Part shown: one piece after another, positions 1 to 12,052 of the stretch
Numbering within the stretch: the stretch's first letter is position 1
Layout: each line of letters begins with the position of its first letter
Assembly (NCBI GenBank): GCA_004431415.1
Contig: QPMI01000017.1
Location: 620,001 to 684,000, forward strand
Source: Cyanophora paradoxa CCMP329
Lineage: Eukaryota; Plantae; Glaucophyta
DNA: 64,000 bases
Direction: 5' to 3'
The notes under the pieces: generated by a model
Told to the model about the DNA's origin: nothing
Databases searched by the model: none
The model's input: the letters and a program-made list of their open reading frames with translations, nothing else
Translations under genes and position numbers: made by a program

Positions 1-1902
1 CACGGAGAGGTCATGAGCCGCCCGCGCACCAAGCCAAGTCGGTGTAGCTAAAAGACAGAGCGCGAGGCGTGCGCGCCGTGGACGATCGAAGAGCCATGCC
101 GGCCGCCAAGAGTGCGCTCCGCTGGCGCCTACTGCATTTCTTCTCTGCCCGCTCACACGCATCGGGCGGCGCAGCGGGTCAAGGAGACCTCGAGCAGATG
201 CTGGGCTCCGCGGAGGGATCGGGAAACGCGGAGCGGGAGCAGGCGCGCGCGCTGCTGAAGCTCGGCTCCTTCGGGCGGGAGCTCGTGCGGCAGTCGAACC
301 TGCGGGCGGCGGAGCGGCTGCGGCTGCTGCAGCTGCAGGAGGAGCTCCGCGGGAAGAAGCCGGCCTCGGGCAGCCTCTCCCGCGGCCGCGGCGTGGCGGC
401 GCTCTTCCAGGGCGGCGGCGGGGCCTCCTCCTCCTCCAAGGCCGGCCCGGGCTCCCGCGCCGCCGCCCCCGCTCCTCCAGCGTCGCCCAGCGCGCCTCGA
501 AGCGCGTCATCCTCGAGAAGCAGTCGGCGGCGCCGCGGACCGCTGGCGGCGGCGCCGCCTTCAACCGCATCCTCAACGAGATCAAAACCCTCCTCTGGTC
601 CGCCCCGCCCGCCCCGCCCGCCCCGCCCCGCCCCGCCCGCCCCGCCCCGCCCCGCCCCTTCCGGTCCGAGCGGCGGGGGCGGGCACAGGCAGGCGGACCG
701 GCTGGAGCAGGCCCACGGGCTCCTCATCCGGGCGCCTGGACCCAGGGCCGCTTCGCTGACGCCAAGTACGACTTCTACGTGCGCCGTACCCCCAATCGAT
801 TTATCCCCCTTTCCCGGCTGACCCCGACCTCCCCGCAGGCCTTCGAGTGTACGCGCCGCGCTCCGCTCCCCGCCGCCCCTCTTCTCCCGCTGCGGGCCCC
901 GACCCGGGCCCCGCGCGCAGACCTGGAGCGTGTACCCCTGACGATCCAGGTGGGGGGGGCGGAGGGCCCCGTGGAGGTGTACGCGGACGTGGGCAACCTG
1001 TACCCCTCCGACGACCGCTTCATGTGGCACGCGCAGCTCGCCGCCACCGGCGAGTCCCTCGTCGTGCGTACCCCCCTGCTTCCCCCTCCCGTCTTGCCCC
1101 TCTTCGGTCCTGACAAATCGTATCCCCTCCGCTTCGCTCCCCGCAGCTGGACCTGGAGAAGGAACCCGAGATCCCTTCCGCGGTACCCCCGCCCCGCCCG
1201 TTCCCCCCTCCATGGGGGCTTACCGCTCGGGGCAGGGCTGGGTGTTCGTGTCGGCGCGGCCGGCGGGGCGGTCGGCGGGCCCGTACGCGATCCGGGTCTC
1301 GTGCAAGCAGCACAGGAAGCTGGGGCACGAGGCCCCAGCCCAGGGCCGCGTCAACGGCACCGGCTTCGTCCACTGCAAGTACCAGGCACGCCCTCTCCGC
1401 CCCCGCCCCGCCCTGCCCGCCCCCTCCTTCTGCCCTGACAACGCGGTTTCTGCCATCTCGTCCCAGGTGCCCGCGGGGCACAACTACGTGGCGGTGCAGA
1501 TGACCCTCGTGCGGGGCTCGGCCGAGCTCGTCGCCTCCACCACCGACGAGTTCCCCACCCGCGGCCCGCCCGCCCGCCCGCCCCCGCCGCCCGCCTCCTC
1601 CGCCCCCAGCTCTCCTCTGACGAGGCCGCGCGCACGCAGCCAAGCCGCAGTACAAGGGGAGCCGCGTGGGGCAGGACACGGTCGTCGTCGAGGTGGACGA
1701 CCCGAACCTCAAGACCAACGGCGCGCCCGCCCCCCGCCGCCCCTTGCTCGCTCCCCTCTCTCTCACCGCCGCCTCAGACTGGGTGTACGTGGGGGTGGGC
1801 GGGTGCGACGAGGAGGCGCGCTACGTCCTCCGCGCCTCCTCCGAGCGCCGCGAGCGCCTCCGCCGCCCCCGCCGCGCCTCCACCTCCCCGGCCCCGCCGG
1901 CC

Positions 1903-1939
<37 letters not shown>

Positions 1940-4130
1940 TGCAGCCGCCGCCGCGGCCGCCTCGCCGGGCGCCAAGCCCGGCACGCCGCTCCCCGAGGCC
2001 TCCGGTGCGCGCTGCGAGGCTTCCGCTCCCTTCTCGCGCGCCCCGGCCCCCCGACGCCGGCCGCAGGAATGCAGCGGACTGCCTCGAGCGGCGGCCCCCG
2101 CGCGGGGATCAGCAACACGGTGCGCCGCCCCTTCTCTCCCCCTCGTCCCCGCGCCGACCCCGCCCCGCCCCGCGGCGCCGCAGGGGGCGACTCGGTGCTC
2201 CCGCCCTTCGCCCGCCTCCGCTGGCACGTCCCGGGGCGCCCCGGGCGCGCCCACCGCCGCCCCGGCTCCCGCGCCGGCGCGGGCGGCGCCGGGGAGGGCG
2301 GGCGTGAGGGCGGGGCGGAGGAGGCGCCGGAGCTCGAAAGAGCGGACCGGGCGCGCCACCTCGCCCGGCGCTACGCCGGCGTGGGCGAGGCCGCCGGGCC
2401 CGGGCCCGCCCGGGCGGCAGCCCGCGGGCCCCTCGCCGCCCCGGCGAGCTCGTCCCCGCCCCGCTCCCCAAGCCCCCGCCCGCCCACCGCCGCAGCCGCC
2501 GCCCCCCCGCCTCGGCCTCGGCCTCGGCCTCGGCCCCGCCGGGCTCGCCGCCGGGGTCGCCGGGCCGGACTACACGCGGGCGGCGTTCGAGGGCCCGGGG
2601 CGGGGCCGCCTGCCCGGCGTCGTCCTCCCGGCGGACTTCGTGCACGGCGCGTGGGGCGACGCCGCCGAGTGGGACCCCGCCGCCGCCCTCCTCCGCGCCC
2701 TCGCCGCCTCGGGCTCCCTCCCCGCCCTCTCCCCCGCCCCCGCCTGGCCCCCCGACATCAGCCCCGTCTACCGCGCCCGGCCCCTCTCCCGCGGCCCGTA
2801 CCCCCGCCCCGCCGCCCCGGGGGTCCTCGAGGACGCCGCCGGCCTCCACCCCGTCGTCCTCCTCAGGCGCGCCCTTCCGCCGCCCCTTACCGTAGTACCC
2901 CCCTCCCCTTCTGCATCTGACCGCGTACCCCCACCCCGCAGGTCCTCCTCCCCGGCGAGCCTGATCGCGAACTTCGCCCCCCCGGAGGGCGGGCCGGCGC
3001 TCCCCGCGGAGTGGCTGGCGCAGTGGGGCCAGCTGGGGGTGACGTTCCCCCTACCCCCGCCCAGCCCGGGCCCGGGCGCCCTCGACGAGTCCCGCGCCGC
3101 GGGGCCGGAGGGGGCGGAGGAGGAGGCGGCCCCGGCCTCGCCCCCCCGGCGGGGCCTGGCGCGGCTGCACGGCCTCCCCGCGGAGGAGGAGCCGCCCGAG
3201 ACGCCCCCCGGGGCGGGAGGGGACGCCGGGGCGCACCAGCAGCGCTCGCCGCTGCCGCCGCCGATGATGGCTGTCCTCGAGGACCGGCGGGGCGGCCACG
3301 GGCGCCGCGTCTTCCGCCCCTGGTACGCCCAGCAGGCCTCGCGCGCCCCGCCCGCCAAGCCCCGCGCCGGCGCGGGGGCGTGCCGGGCGGGGCGGGAGGG
3401 CGCCCGGAGGACGTGCCGCGGGTCCTCCTCAGCAGGCAGGTGGGCAACCAGAGCGTCTCGCGGGCGCAGACGGCGGCCGCCCTGCGCCGCGCCCGCCCGG
3501 CCTCGGGGCCCGGCCTCTCCCTCTCCGCCTGCCTCCCCTCCCTGCCCCACGCCCTGGACCCGCTCGACGGGCCCTCCCTCCTCGCGCCCCAGGTGCCCCT
3601 CGAGCTCACGCCGCCGCCGCGTCGCCGCTCGCAGGATCCTGAGTCCTCCTCCCTTCGCAGGTCAGCCCCTGGCGCCCCCGGCGCTAGCCGCCCTGCCAGG
3701 CTGAGACTCCTATGCTGGACCTTGCTGGCGTACCTTTAGTTACCGCCCTTCAAGCTTAAGGCTTCTTAATGTGCTTGTGGTCCTTTTCTTGAGAGAGTAC
3801 GGCGGGGCGAACCCCCCGTGGTCAGGTCTATTGTTTTTATTCAGCGTAAAATTAAAGCCTGGAAATTGGCTGGAATACCTTGACTGCGATCGCGAGTCCG
3901 CGACCGATGACTCCGATGACTCCGATCGCGATCGCGAGATCTCCTTTGCCATGGACTCCCATCATGGGGGCGCCGCTGCGTGCCCGGCCCGCGCACACGC
4001 GTGCCCGCGGCCGCGGCCCGGCCCGGCGCAGGCGCGCGCCAACTGCAGCGCTAGCGCTAGCGCTAGCGCTCGTCCGCGGCGCCGGCGCGCGCAGGCCCGG
4101 CCGCGAGCTGGGCGCGCGCATCGCCGGCGC
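1..4130. repeat. Copy 1 of a segmental tandem duplication (period about 7,579 bp; begins at or before the window edge)
   Basis: Positions 1-4130 match 7580-11688 almost base for base (cacggagaggtcatgagccg at 1 and 7580; the match ends at ...catcgccggcgc). Differences are mostly homopolymer indels, plus some substitutions and an 8-bp indel near the stop codon. Confidence 0.95.
13..3704 (+). CDS. Multi-exon uncharacterised protein, copy 1 (helical N-terminus, two beta-rich modules, Pro/Ala-rich C-terminus)
   Basis: Coding-like exons bounded by GT/GC-AG: GDLEQMLGSAEG...AFNRILNEIKTLL; DLERVPLTIQVGGAEGPVEVYADVGNLYPSDDRFMWH; GWVFVSARP...FVHCKYQ; VPAGHNYVAVQMTLVRGSAELVASTTDEFPTR; DTVVVEVDDPNLKTN/DWVYVGV. 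Start and stop approximate; no family recognised. Confidence 0.6.
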
Positions 4131-5038
4131 CGGCGAGAGACCGGCAAAGTCCTCGGGTCCCCACACTTTTTTGGGCCGTCGCGGCGGCGCGCGGAGGGCC
4201 TCGCGGACGACCGGGTCGCGCGTCTTTGCAATTGGCTTGGAAGACGCGTCGGGCCGGGAGCGCCGGCGCGGGCGGCCTTAATTTTTGGCCTTGGCGGAAG
4301 CTTAAGAGCAGCGGGCGGTCTTGGCCTGGCATGATGTAGTCTTCTTGTTGGATCGAGGTGAGAGAATGAAGGCCCCGACGCCGCGGTTCCTCACAAAAGT
4401 GCGCAGGAATCCGCTTCAAGTGATCATGAATATCTTCGAAATCGTGGGGCGTATATGCGGGTACGACGGAGCCTCGGCGCCGCGCGCGTACCCCCGTCCG
4501 TCGCTGACCGGCATGCAGCTGCAGCCATCCTCGACCCCTACCACCGGCCGAGGGCGGCGGGGGGGGGGGGGGTACGGCGCTGGAGCCTCGGAGGCGCCGC
4601 CTCGTAGGGCCGGGGGCGGAGCTGGCCGCATCACGGTCGGGCTGTTCGGGTACGATCAAGTCTTACCCCCCTATTAAATATTGCTGCTAACCGGGATGCA
4701 TGTGCGCAGCCATCCTCACCCCCTACCGCCGGCCGAGTTCGAGGGAGGGGGGTACGGCGCCGTGAGGCAGCGCGCGGGCGCATAGGGGGTGGGCCTGGCC
4801 GCATCCTGGTCGCTCGCGATCGAGGCACGCCTCACCTCGGGCTCTCCGCCGGCCCGGCCCGTGCGTATCCGCCCGCAATCGGCGTACCCCCCCACCTTTC
4901 ATCCCCGCAGGCGTTGGAGAACGCTCCCTAGGGCAAAGCGAGTGCGTGGGTGTGAACCGTGTGTGTGGGAGGGAGCATGCGCAGATGAAATTGAACTGAA
5001 TTAGAAGTCATCGAAACTAGTAACCGATCGATGATCGA

Positions 5039-5687
5039 TTAGATGAAAGGCAAACGGAGACCCAGGTGGATCGCTACAGCTCGTCTGCGAGCCTCCAAGG
5101 TCGCTTGCGCAGGCAGCTGGAGCCCGTAGAAGGCGATGAGCTGCTGCAGCTCGGGCCCGGTGAGGTTGTCGAGGCGTGTGCGATTCGGGACGCGCAGGGC
5201 AAGATCCGGCAGGAGTCCGTCTGCTCTCGCGATATCGAGGAAGGGAAGGACCTCGCCGTTGCCCTGGCAACAGGACTTTGTCAGTGCGTATGCGACGAGC
5301 TCAGGAACCGCAAAGCGAACCCGCATGCCGTTGTCCACCTTGTTCAGCTGGCAGGGCGAGAGCGTCAGCTCGAGCTACGCTCGGCGGGACGAGTGCGTCG
5401 CTGCTCACCTGCACGGCGATCTCACGCTGCCCCTCCCGGAGCTCCTGGATCGCCAGCTGGATTTGCTGGAGCTGGTTCATGATCTGTTGGTTGCGGGACG
5501 CTGGTAAGCGGATGCGCAAGCCTTCCAGATCTAGCCCGGTAGAGCAAACGAGACGCACTTGCACGTTCGGAGGGAGGGGCGCCATCGCATTCTGAAGAGC
5601 ACCGCCAACGGCAGCCACCTGCTGCCCCAGTAAAACCACGGTGTTCCCAAGTTCGTTCACTTGGGCGTTGAACAGGTGTCCTGCCAT
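5039..5687 (-). CDS. Coiled-coil + Mug135-like C-terminal (DUF1773) domain protein, about 170 aa
   Basis: Three exons (5687-5559, 5483-5409, 5347-5039) with GT-AG introns join in frame. The N-terminus is heptad-rich (NQLQQIQLAIQELREGQREIAVQLNKVDN). The C-terminus VPNRTRLDNLTGPELQQLIAFYGL...LEARRRAVAIHLGL fits the Mug135_C pattern P-x(4)-L-xx-L[TS]-xx-[EQ]L-xx-L-x-[FY]YG...RR-xx-L-xx-[HI]G. Confidence 0.7.
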
Positions 5688-6399
5688 GGCCCGAGCCCGG
5701 CGCGCTGGCGGGTTTGGGCTGGAAGACGGCGCCGGCGCGGTTTACTAATGCCAGAACCAGTCTAAATTGTTTAAGCTTAGACTTGCTGAACCACAACCAC
5801 TCTGCGACAAACCTGAACCAGCTTTGCACAGGGCCGAGATCGTATGTAGGGCTTTTGTTCTGATGTCCTACTTCTTCGCTGGCGACAAGATTTGCCAATG
5901 TCGGCACCCGCCATGAGCGTATCGGCCGTGCGTTTCCAAACGGGAAGACGAGGGTATAGTACTTTCGGCGCTAGCCGTTAATTGCTTCTAAGTTCATGGC
6001 TCTCATACAAATTCTTTGGCAGGAGCGCACTCGACTAGGAACGAACCAGACGAACAGGAATCGCGTTTAAAGTGTAGAGGAGGTCAATATCTCCAGACCA
6101 TATTCTCAGACCCGAAAGCGTGGCCGTCGAAAGACGCGATTACACGTAAAAACAAGCCTTCGCATAAGAAATTGCTGATCGCGATGTGTGTGCGACTCTT
6201 CTGCGCGATACAGGCACGGTGGGAGCTCCGAAACGCGTTCAAACATCTAAATCGTAGATGTAGTTGATGCCCGACATGCTCAAGGACGCCCCCGCGCGCA
6301 AGGAGAGAAGCGACTCGGTGCACAGACGTCGACATCGATCGCGAGCGACGGGTACAACCGAGCCGGCGACACTCGGTAATAACAGAAAGCCGGTCGATG

Positions 6400-6575
6400 A
6401 GCTTGAGCTCAAACTCGAGCTCAAGCTCGAGCTCTATATTAAGCCTCTTGGCTCGCCATCAAGCGCGTTCCGCTTGAGCACAGGCTTTTTGCGGCTTAAG
6501 CTCAAGCTCAATGCTCAAACCATCAGACTTCATCGCGAGCCTCAAGCTCGAGCTCAAGCTCGAAGCTCAAGCAAG
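6400..6575. repeat. Degenerate microsatellite-like tract of GAGCTC/AAGCTC hexamers
   Basis: Repeated gagctc/aagctc/aaactc words (translates as ELELKLELKLEL). Confidence 0.6.
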
Positions 6576-7579
6576 AACGGCTAGCGCCGACCTTTTGGCC
6601 GCAGGCCACCAAGTTATAGGCCGCCGGGCCATTGCCGCCGCGCTGCAGGCCGCCTAGCCACTGTCCGCGGCCGCGGCCTCTTCGCCACCGAGGACATGCT
6701 TTGCGGCGCCCCAATCGTCGAGCTGCCCGAGCAATTGGAGGATACGTACTGTCCGTGCGTCGGCCCCGGCCCGCGCCCCGCCCCGCACCCGCTCCCCGTC
6801 CCGCCAGATTGCTCACGCTCCATCCCGCAGCGCTTTCTCGATGAGTTCGACGAACGGGTGCCCTCCGCACGGCCTGCCGTCCGCCGCGCGCCGTCTGAGG
6901 CCCTGCATGCAGGCGATAAAGTGGGTGCGCTGCCCGACGGCGCGCGAAGCGTAGCCCGCTGAGCTCGAGCGTAGCGCATGCGCAACTCGACGTAGCAGCC
7001 GCATCTCCTCCCTGCCGCGGCGCATCGAGAGCCCCGTGCGCCCCTCGCGCAGCGGACTCCAGCGCAGCTCACGACCGCGCAGCTCTTCTGGGAGGAGGAG
7101 GAAGAGCGAGGCGAACGGCGAAAGGCACGCACGGCGGGCGCACGCGCAACCGCCCACGGCGCGATCCGCGCCGGTCGCCTCGCGGACTTTGGGCTCGCGC
7201 TTCCGCGCTTCTCGCGGACCCGGGGCCTGTGCTGGAACTGCTGCGCTGCTTCCGCGCCTACAGCGACGCGCTGCAGCTGTGCGGCGCCTCCTCCATGGAA
7301 GCCGCCGTGCCGGCGCGCGGTGCCGAGCTCGCCTTGCGCCGCGCCTCGTCGTGCTGCAGCGCGAGGTGCTCGAGGTACGCGATCCCCGAGGCCGCCGCGC
7401 GCGCCCGCGCCGAATAGTCGTAATTTTGGTCCTCTCTACCCTCCCCCCCCCCCCCCCCCCCCCCCCAGTCTCAGAGGCTTTCCCGTACTTGCAAGTAGAA
7501 AGGTGCGGAGCTGCTGGCAGACAACTCGGCGGGCGCGCCGCGGGGGCGCCGAGCCGTCAAGCGGTCCTGTCGCCGAGTG

Positions 7580-9478
7580 CACGGAGAGGTCATGAGCCGC
7601 CCGCGCACCAAGCCAAGTCGGTGTAGCTAAAAGACAGAGCGCGAGGCGTGCGCGCCGTGGACGATCGAAGAGCCATGCCGGCCGCCAAGAGTGCGCTCCG
7701 CTGGCGCCTACTGCATTTCTTCTCTGCCCGCTCACACGCATCGGGCGGCGCAGCGGGTCAAGGAGACCTCGAGCAGATGCTGGGCTCCGCGGAGGGATCG
7801 GGAAACGCGGAGCGGGAGCAGGCGCGCGCGCTGCTGAAGCTCGGCTCCTTCGGGCGGGAGCTCGTGCGGCAGTCGAACCTGCGGGCGGCGGAGCGGCTGC
7901 GGCTGCTGCAGCTGCAGGAGGAGCTCCGCGGGAAGAAGCCGGCCTCGGGCAGCCTCTCCCGCGGCCGCGGCGTGGCGGCGCTCTTCCAGGGCGGCGGCGG
8001 GGCCTCCTCCTCCTCCAAGGCCGGCCCGGGCTCCCGCGCCGCCGCCCCCCGCTCCTCCAGCGTCGCCCAGCGCGCCTCGAAGCGCGTCATCCTCGAGAAG
8101 CAGTCGGCGGCGCCGCGGACCGCTGGCGGCGGCGCCGCCTTCAACCGCATCCTCAACGAGATCAAAACCCTCCTCTGGTCCGCCCCGCCCCGCCCCGCCC
8201 CGCCCCGCCCCGCCCCGCCCCGCCCCCTTCCGGTCCGAGCGGCGGGGGCGGGCACAGGCAGGCGGACCGGCTGGAGCAGGCCCACGGGCTCCTCATCCCG
8301 GGCGCCTGGACCCAGGGCCGCTTCGCTGACGCCAAGTACGACTTCTACGTGCGCCGTACCCCCCAATCGATTTATCCCCCCTTTCCCGGCTGACCCCGAC
8401 CTCCCCGCAGGCCTTCGAGTGTACGCGCCGCGCTCCGCTCCCCGCCGCCCCTCTTCTCCCGCTGCGGGCCCCGACCCGGGCCCCGCGCGCAGACCTGGAG
8501 CGTGTACCCCTGACGATCCAGGTGGGGGGGCGGAGGGCCCCGTGGAGGTGTACGCGGACGTGGGCAACCTGTACCCCTCCGACGACCGCTTCATGTGGCA
8601 CGCGCAGCTCGCCGCCACCGGCGAGTCCCTCGTCGTGCGTACCCCCCCTGCTTCCCCCTCCCGTCTTGCCCCCCTTCGGTCCTGACAAATCGTATCCCCT
8701 CCGCTCCGCTCCCCGCAGCTGGACCTGGAGAAGGAACCCGAGATCCCTTCCGCGGTACCCCCGCCCCGCCCGTTCCCCCCTCCATGGGGGCTTACCGCTC
8801 GGGGCAGTGCTGGGTGTTCGTGTCGGCGCGGCCGGCGGGGCGGTCGGCGGGCCCGTACGCGATCCGGGTCTCGTGCAAGCAGCACAGGAAGCTGGGGCAC
8901 GAGGCCCCAGCCCAGGGCCGCGTCAACGGCACCGGCTTCGTCCACTGCAAGTACCAGGCACGCCCTCTCCGCCCCCGCCCCGCCCTGCCCCGCCCCCCTC
9001 CTTCTGCCCCTGACAACGCGGTTTCTGCCATCTCGTCCCAGGTGCCCGCGGGGCACAACTACGTGGCGGTGCAGATGACCCTCGTGCGGGGCTCGGCCGA
9101 GCTCGTCGCCTCCACCACCGACGAGTTCCCCACCCGCGGCCCGCCCGCCCGCCCGCCCCCGCCGCCCGCCTCCTCCGCCCCCAGCTCTCCTCTGACGAGG
9201 CCGCGCGCACGCAGCCAAGCCGCAGTACAAGGGGAGCCGCGTGGGGCAGGACACGGTGGTCGTCGAGGTGGACGACCCGAACCTCAAGACCAACGGCGCG
9301 CCCGCCCCCCGCCGCCCCTTGCTCGCTCCCCTCTCTCTTACCGCCGCCTCAGACTGGGTGTACGTGGGGGTGGGCGGGTGCGACGAGGAGGCGCGCTACG
9401 TCCTCCGCGCCTCCTCCGAGCGCCGCGAGCGCCTCCGCCGCCCCCGCCGCGCCTCCACCTCCCCGGCCCCCGCCGGCC

Positions 9479-9515
<37 letters not shown>

Positions 9516-11688
9516 TGCAGCCGCCGCCGCGGCCGCCTCGCGGGCGCCAAGCCCGGCACGCCGCTCCCCGAGGCCTCCGGTGCGCGCTGCGAGGCTTCCG
9601 CTCCCTTCTCGCGCGCCCCGGCCCCCCGACGCCGGCCGCAGGAATGCAGCGGACTGCCTCGAGCGGCGGCCCCGCGCGGGGATCAGCAACACGGTGCGCC
9701 GCCCCTTCTCTCCCCCTCGTCCCCCGCGCCGACCCCGCCCGCCCCGCGGCGCCGCAGGGGCGACTCGGTGCTCCCGCCCTTCGCCCGCCTCCGCTGGCAC
9801 GTCCCGGGGCGCCCCGGGCGCGCCCACCGCCGCCCCGGCTCCCGCGCCGGCGCGGGCGGCGCCGGGGAGGGCGGGCGTGAGGGCGGGGCGGAGGAGGCGC
9901 CGGAGCTCGAGAGGGCGGACCGGTCGCGCCACCTCGCCCGGCGCTACGCCAGCGTGGGCGAGGCCTCCGGGCCCGGGCCCGCCCCGGGCGGCAGCCCGCG
10001 GGCCCCCTCGCCGCCCCCGCGGAGCTCGTCCCCGCCCGCTCCCCGAGCCCCGCCCGCCCACCGCCGCAGCCGCCGCCCCCCCGCCTCGGCCTCGGCCTCG
10101 GCCTCGGCCCCGCCGGGCTTGCCGCCGGGGTCGCCGGGGCCGGACTACACGCGGGCGGCGTTCGAGGGCCCGGGGCGGGGCCGCCTGCCCGGCGTCGTCC
10201 TCCCGGCGGACTTCGTGCACGGGGCGTGGGGCGACGCCGCCGAGTGGGACCCCGCCGCCGCCCTCCTCCGCGCCCTCGCCGCCTCGGGCTCCTCCCCGCC
10301 CTCTCCCCGCCCCGCCTGGCCCCCCGACATCAGCCCCGTCTACCGCGCCCGGCCCCTCTCCCGCGGCCCGTACCCCCGCCCCGCCGCCCCGGGGGTCCTC
10401 GAGGACGCCGCCGGCCTCCACCCCGTCGTCCTCCTCAGGCCCGCCCTTCCGCCGCCGCCCCTTACCGTAGTACCCCCCTCCCCTTCTGCATCTCACCGCG
10501 TACCCCCACCCCGCAGGTCCTCCTCCCCGGCGAGCCTGATCGCGAACTTCGCCCCCCCGGAGGGCGGGCCGGCGCTCCCCGCGGAGTGGCTGGCGCAGTG
10601 GGGCCAGCTGGGGGTGACGTTCCCCCTACCCCCGCCCAGCCCGGGGCCGGGCGCCCTCGACGAGTCCCACGCCGCGGGGCCGGAGGAGGGGGCGGAGGAG
10701 GCGGCCCCGGCCTCGCCCCCGCGGCGGGGCCTGGCGCGGCTGCACGGCCTTCCCGCGGAGGAGGAGCCGCCCGAGACGCCCCCCGGGGCGGGAGGGGACG
10801 CCGGGGCGCACCAGCAGCGCTCGCCGCTGCCGCCGCCGATGATGGCTGTCCTCGAGGACCGGCGGGGCGGCCACGGGCGCCGCGTCTTCCGCCCTGGTAC
10901 GCCCAGCAGGCCTCGCGCGCCCCGCCCGCCAAGCCCCGCGCCGGCGCGGGGGGCGTGCCGGGCGGGGCGGGAGGGCGCCCGGAGGACGTGCCGCGGGTCC
11001 TCCTCAGCAGGCAGGTGGGCAACCAGAGCGTCTCGCGGGCGCAGACGGCGGCCGCCCTGCGCCGCGCCCGCCCGGCCTCGGGGCCCGGCCTCTCCCTCTC
11101 CGCCTGCCTCCCCTCCCTGCCCCACGCCCTGGACCCGCTCGACGGGCCCTCCCTCCTCGCGCCCCAGGTGCCCCTCGAGCTCACGCCGCCGCCGCGTCGC
11201 CGCTCGCAGGATCCTGAGTCCTCCTCCCTTCGCAGGTCAGCCCCTGGCGCCCCCGGCGCTAGCCGCGCTGAGACTCCTATGCTGGACCTTGCTGGCGTAC
11301 CTTTAGTTACCGCCCTTCAAGCTTAAGGCTTCTTAATGTGCTTGTGGTCCTTTTCTTGAGAGAGTACGGCGGGGCGAACCCCCCGTGGTCAGGTCTATTG
11401 TTTTTATTCAGCGTAAAATTAAAGCCTGGAAATTGGCTGGAATACCTTGACTGCGATCGCGAGTCCGCGACCGATGACTCCGATGACTCCGATCGCGATC
11501 GCGAGATCTCCTTTGCCAAGGACTCCCATCATGGGGGCGCCGCCGCGTGCCCGGCCCGCGCACACGCGCGCCCGCGCCCGCGGCCCGGCGCAGGCGCGCG
11601 CCAACTGCAGCGCTAGCGCTAGCGCTAGCGCTCGTCCGCGGCACCGGCGCGCGCAGGCCCGGCCGCGAGCTGGGCGCATCGCCGGCGC
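7580..11688. repeat. Copy 2 of the segmental tandem duplication
   Basis: Near-identical to 1-4130. Confidence 0.95.
7592..11271 (+). CDS. Multi-exon uncharacterised protein, copy 2
   Basis: Same exon set as 13-3704. Frames differ mainly at homopolymer indels; the final codons differ because of an 8-bp indel. Confidence 0.6.
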
Positions 11689-12052
11689 ACCTCGTTTTCT
11701 CTCGAGCTCATTGATAATTGGCGGCCGCGGCCGCGGGCCGGGGGGCGATCGCCGCCGGCGCCAGGAATTCGAAGATGCCCGGTGTAACCGGCGGCGAGCG
11801 ATGCTTGCTGCGTGTGCGGAACGCGCGCGACGCCTTCGCCGCGAGCTACACGCGCCGCCGCCCTCGTTTCCAGTCGTGACGCCCTTTTCGTGCCGTACCC
11901 GTCTAGCTTAGCTTTTTGCCAGTTTCAAGGGGATCCGCCCGCCCCCGCAGCCACGGCGACCTCGAGAGCGTGTCATCTTCGAGCGTACGCGACGCCGGAG
12001 CCGCGATCGTCGTCCCCTCCCCACGTCGGCCAAGCGCGGTGCAGCGCTGGGA

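Noticed and set aside
5900-7420. Transposase or intact gene between the duplicates
   Set aside because: Only short protein-like fragments interrupted by stops; no catalytic motif or element ends recognised.
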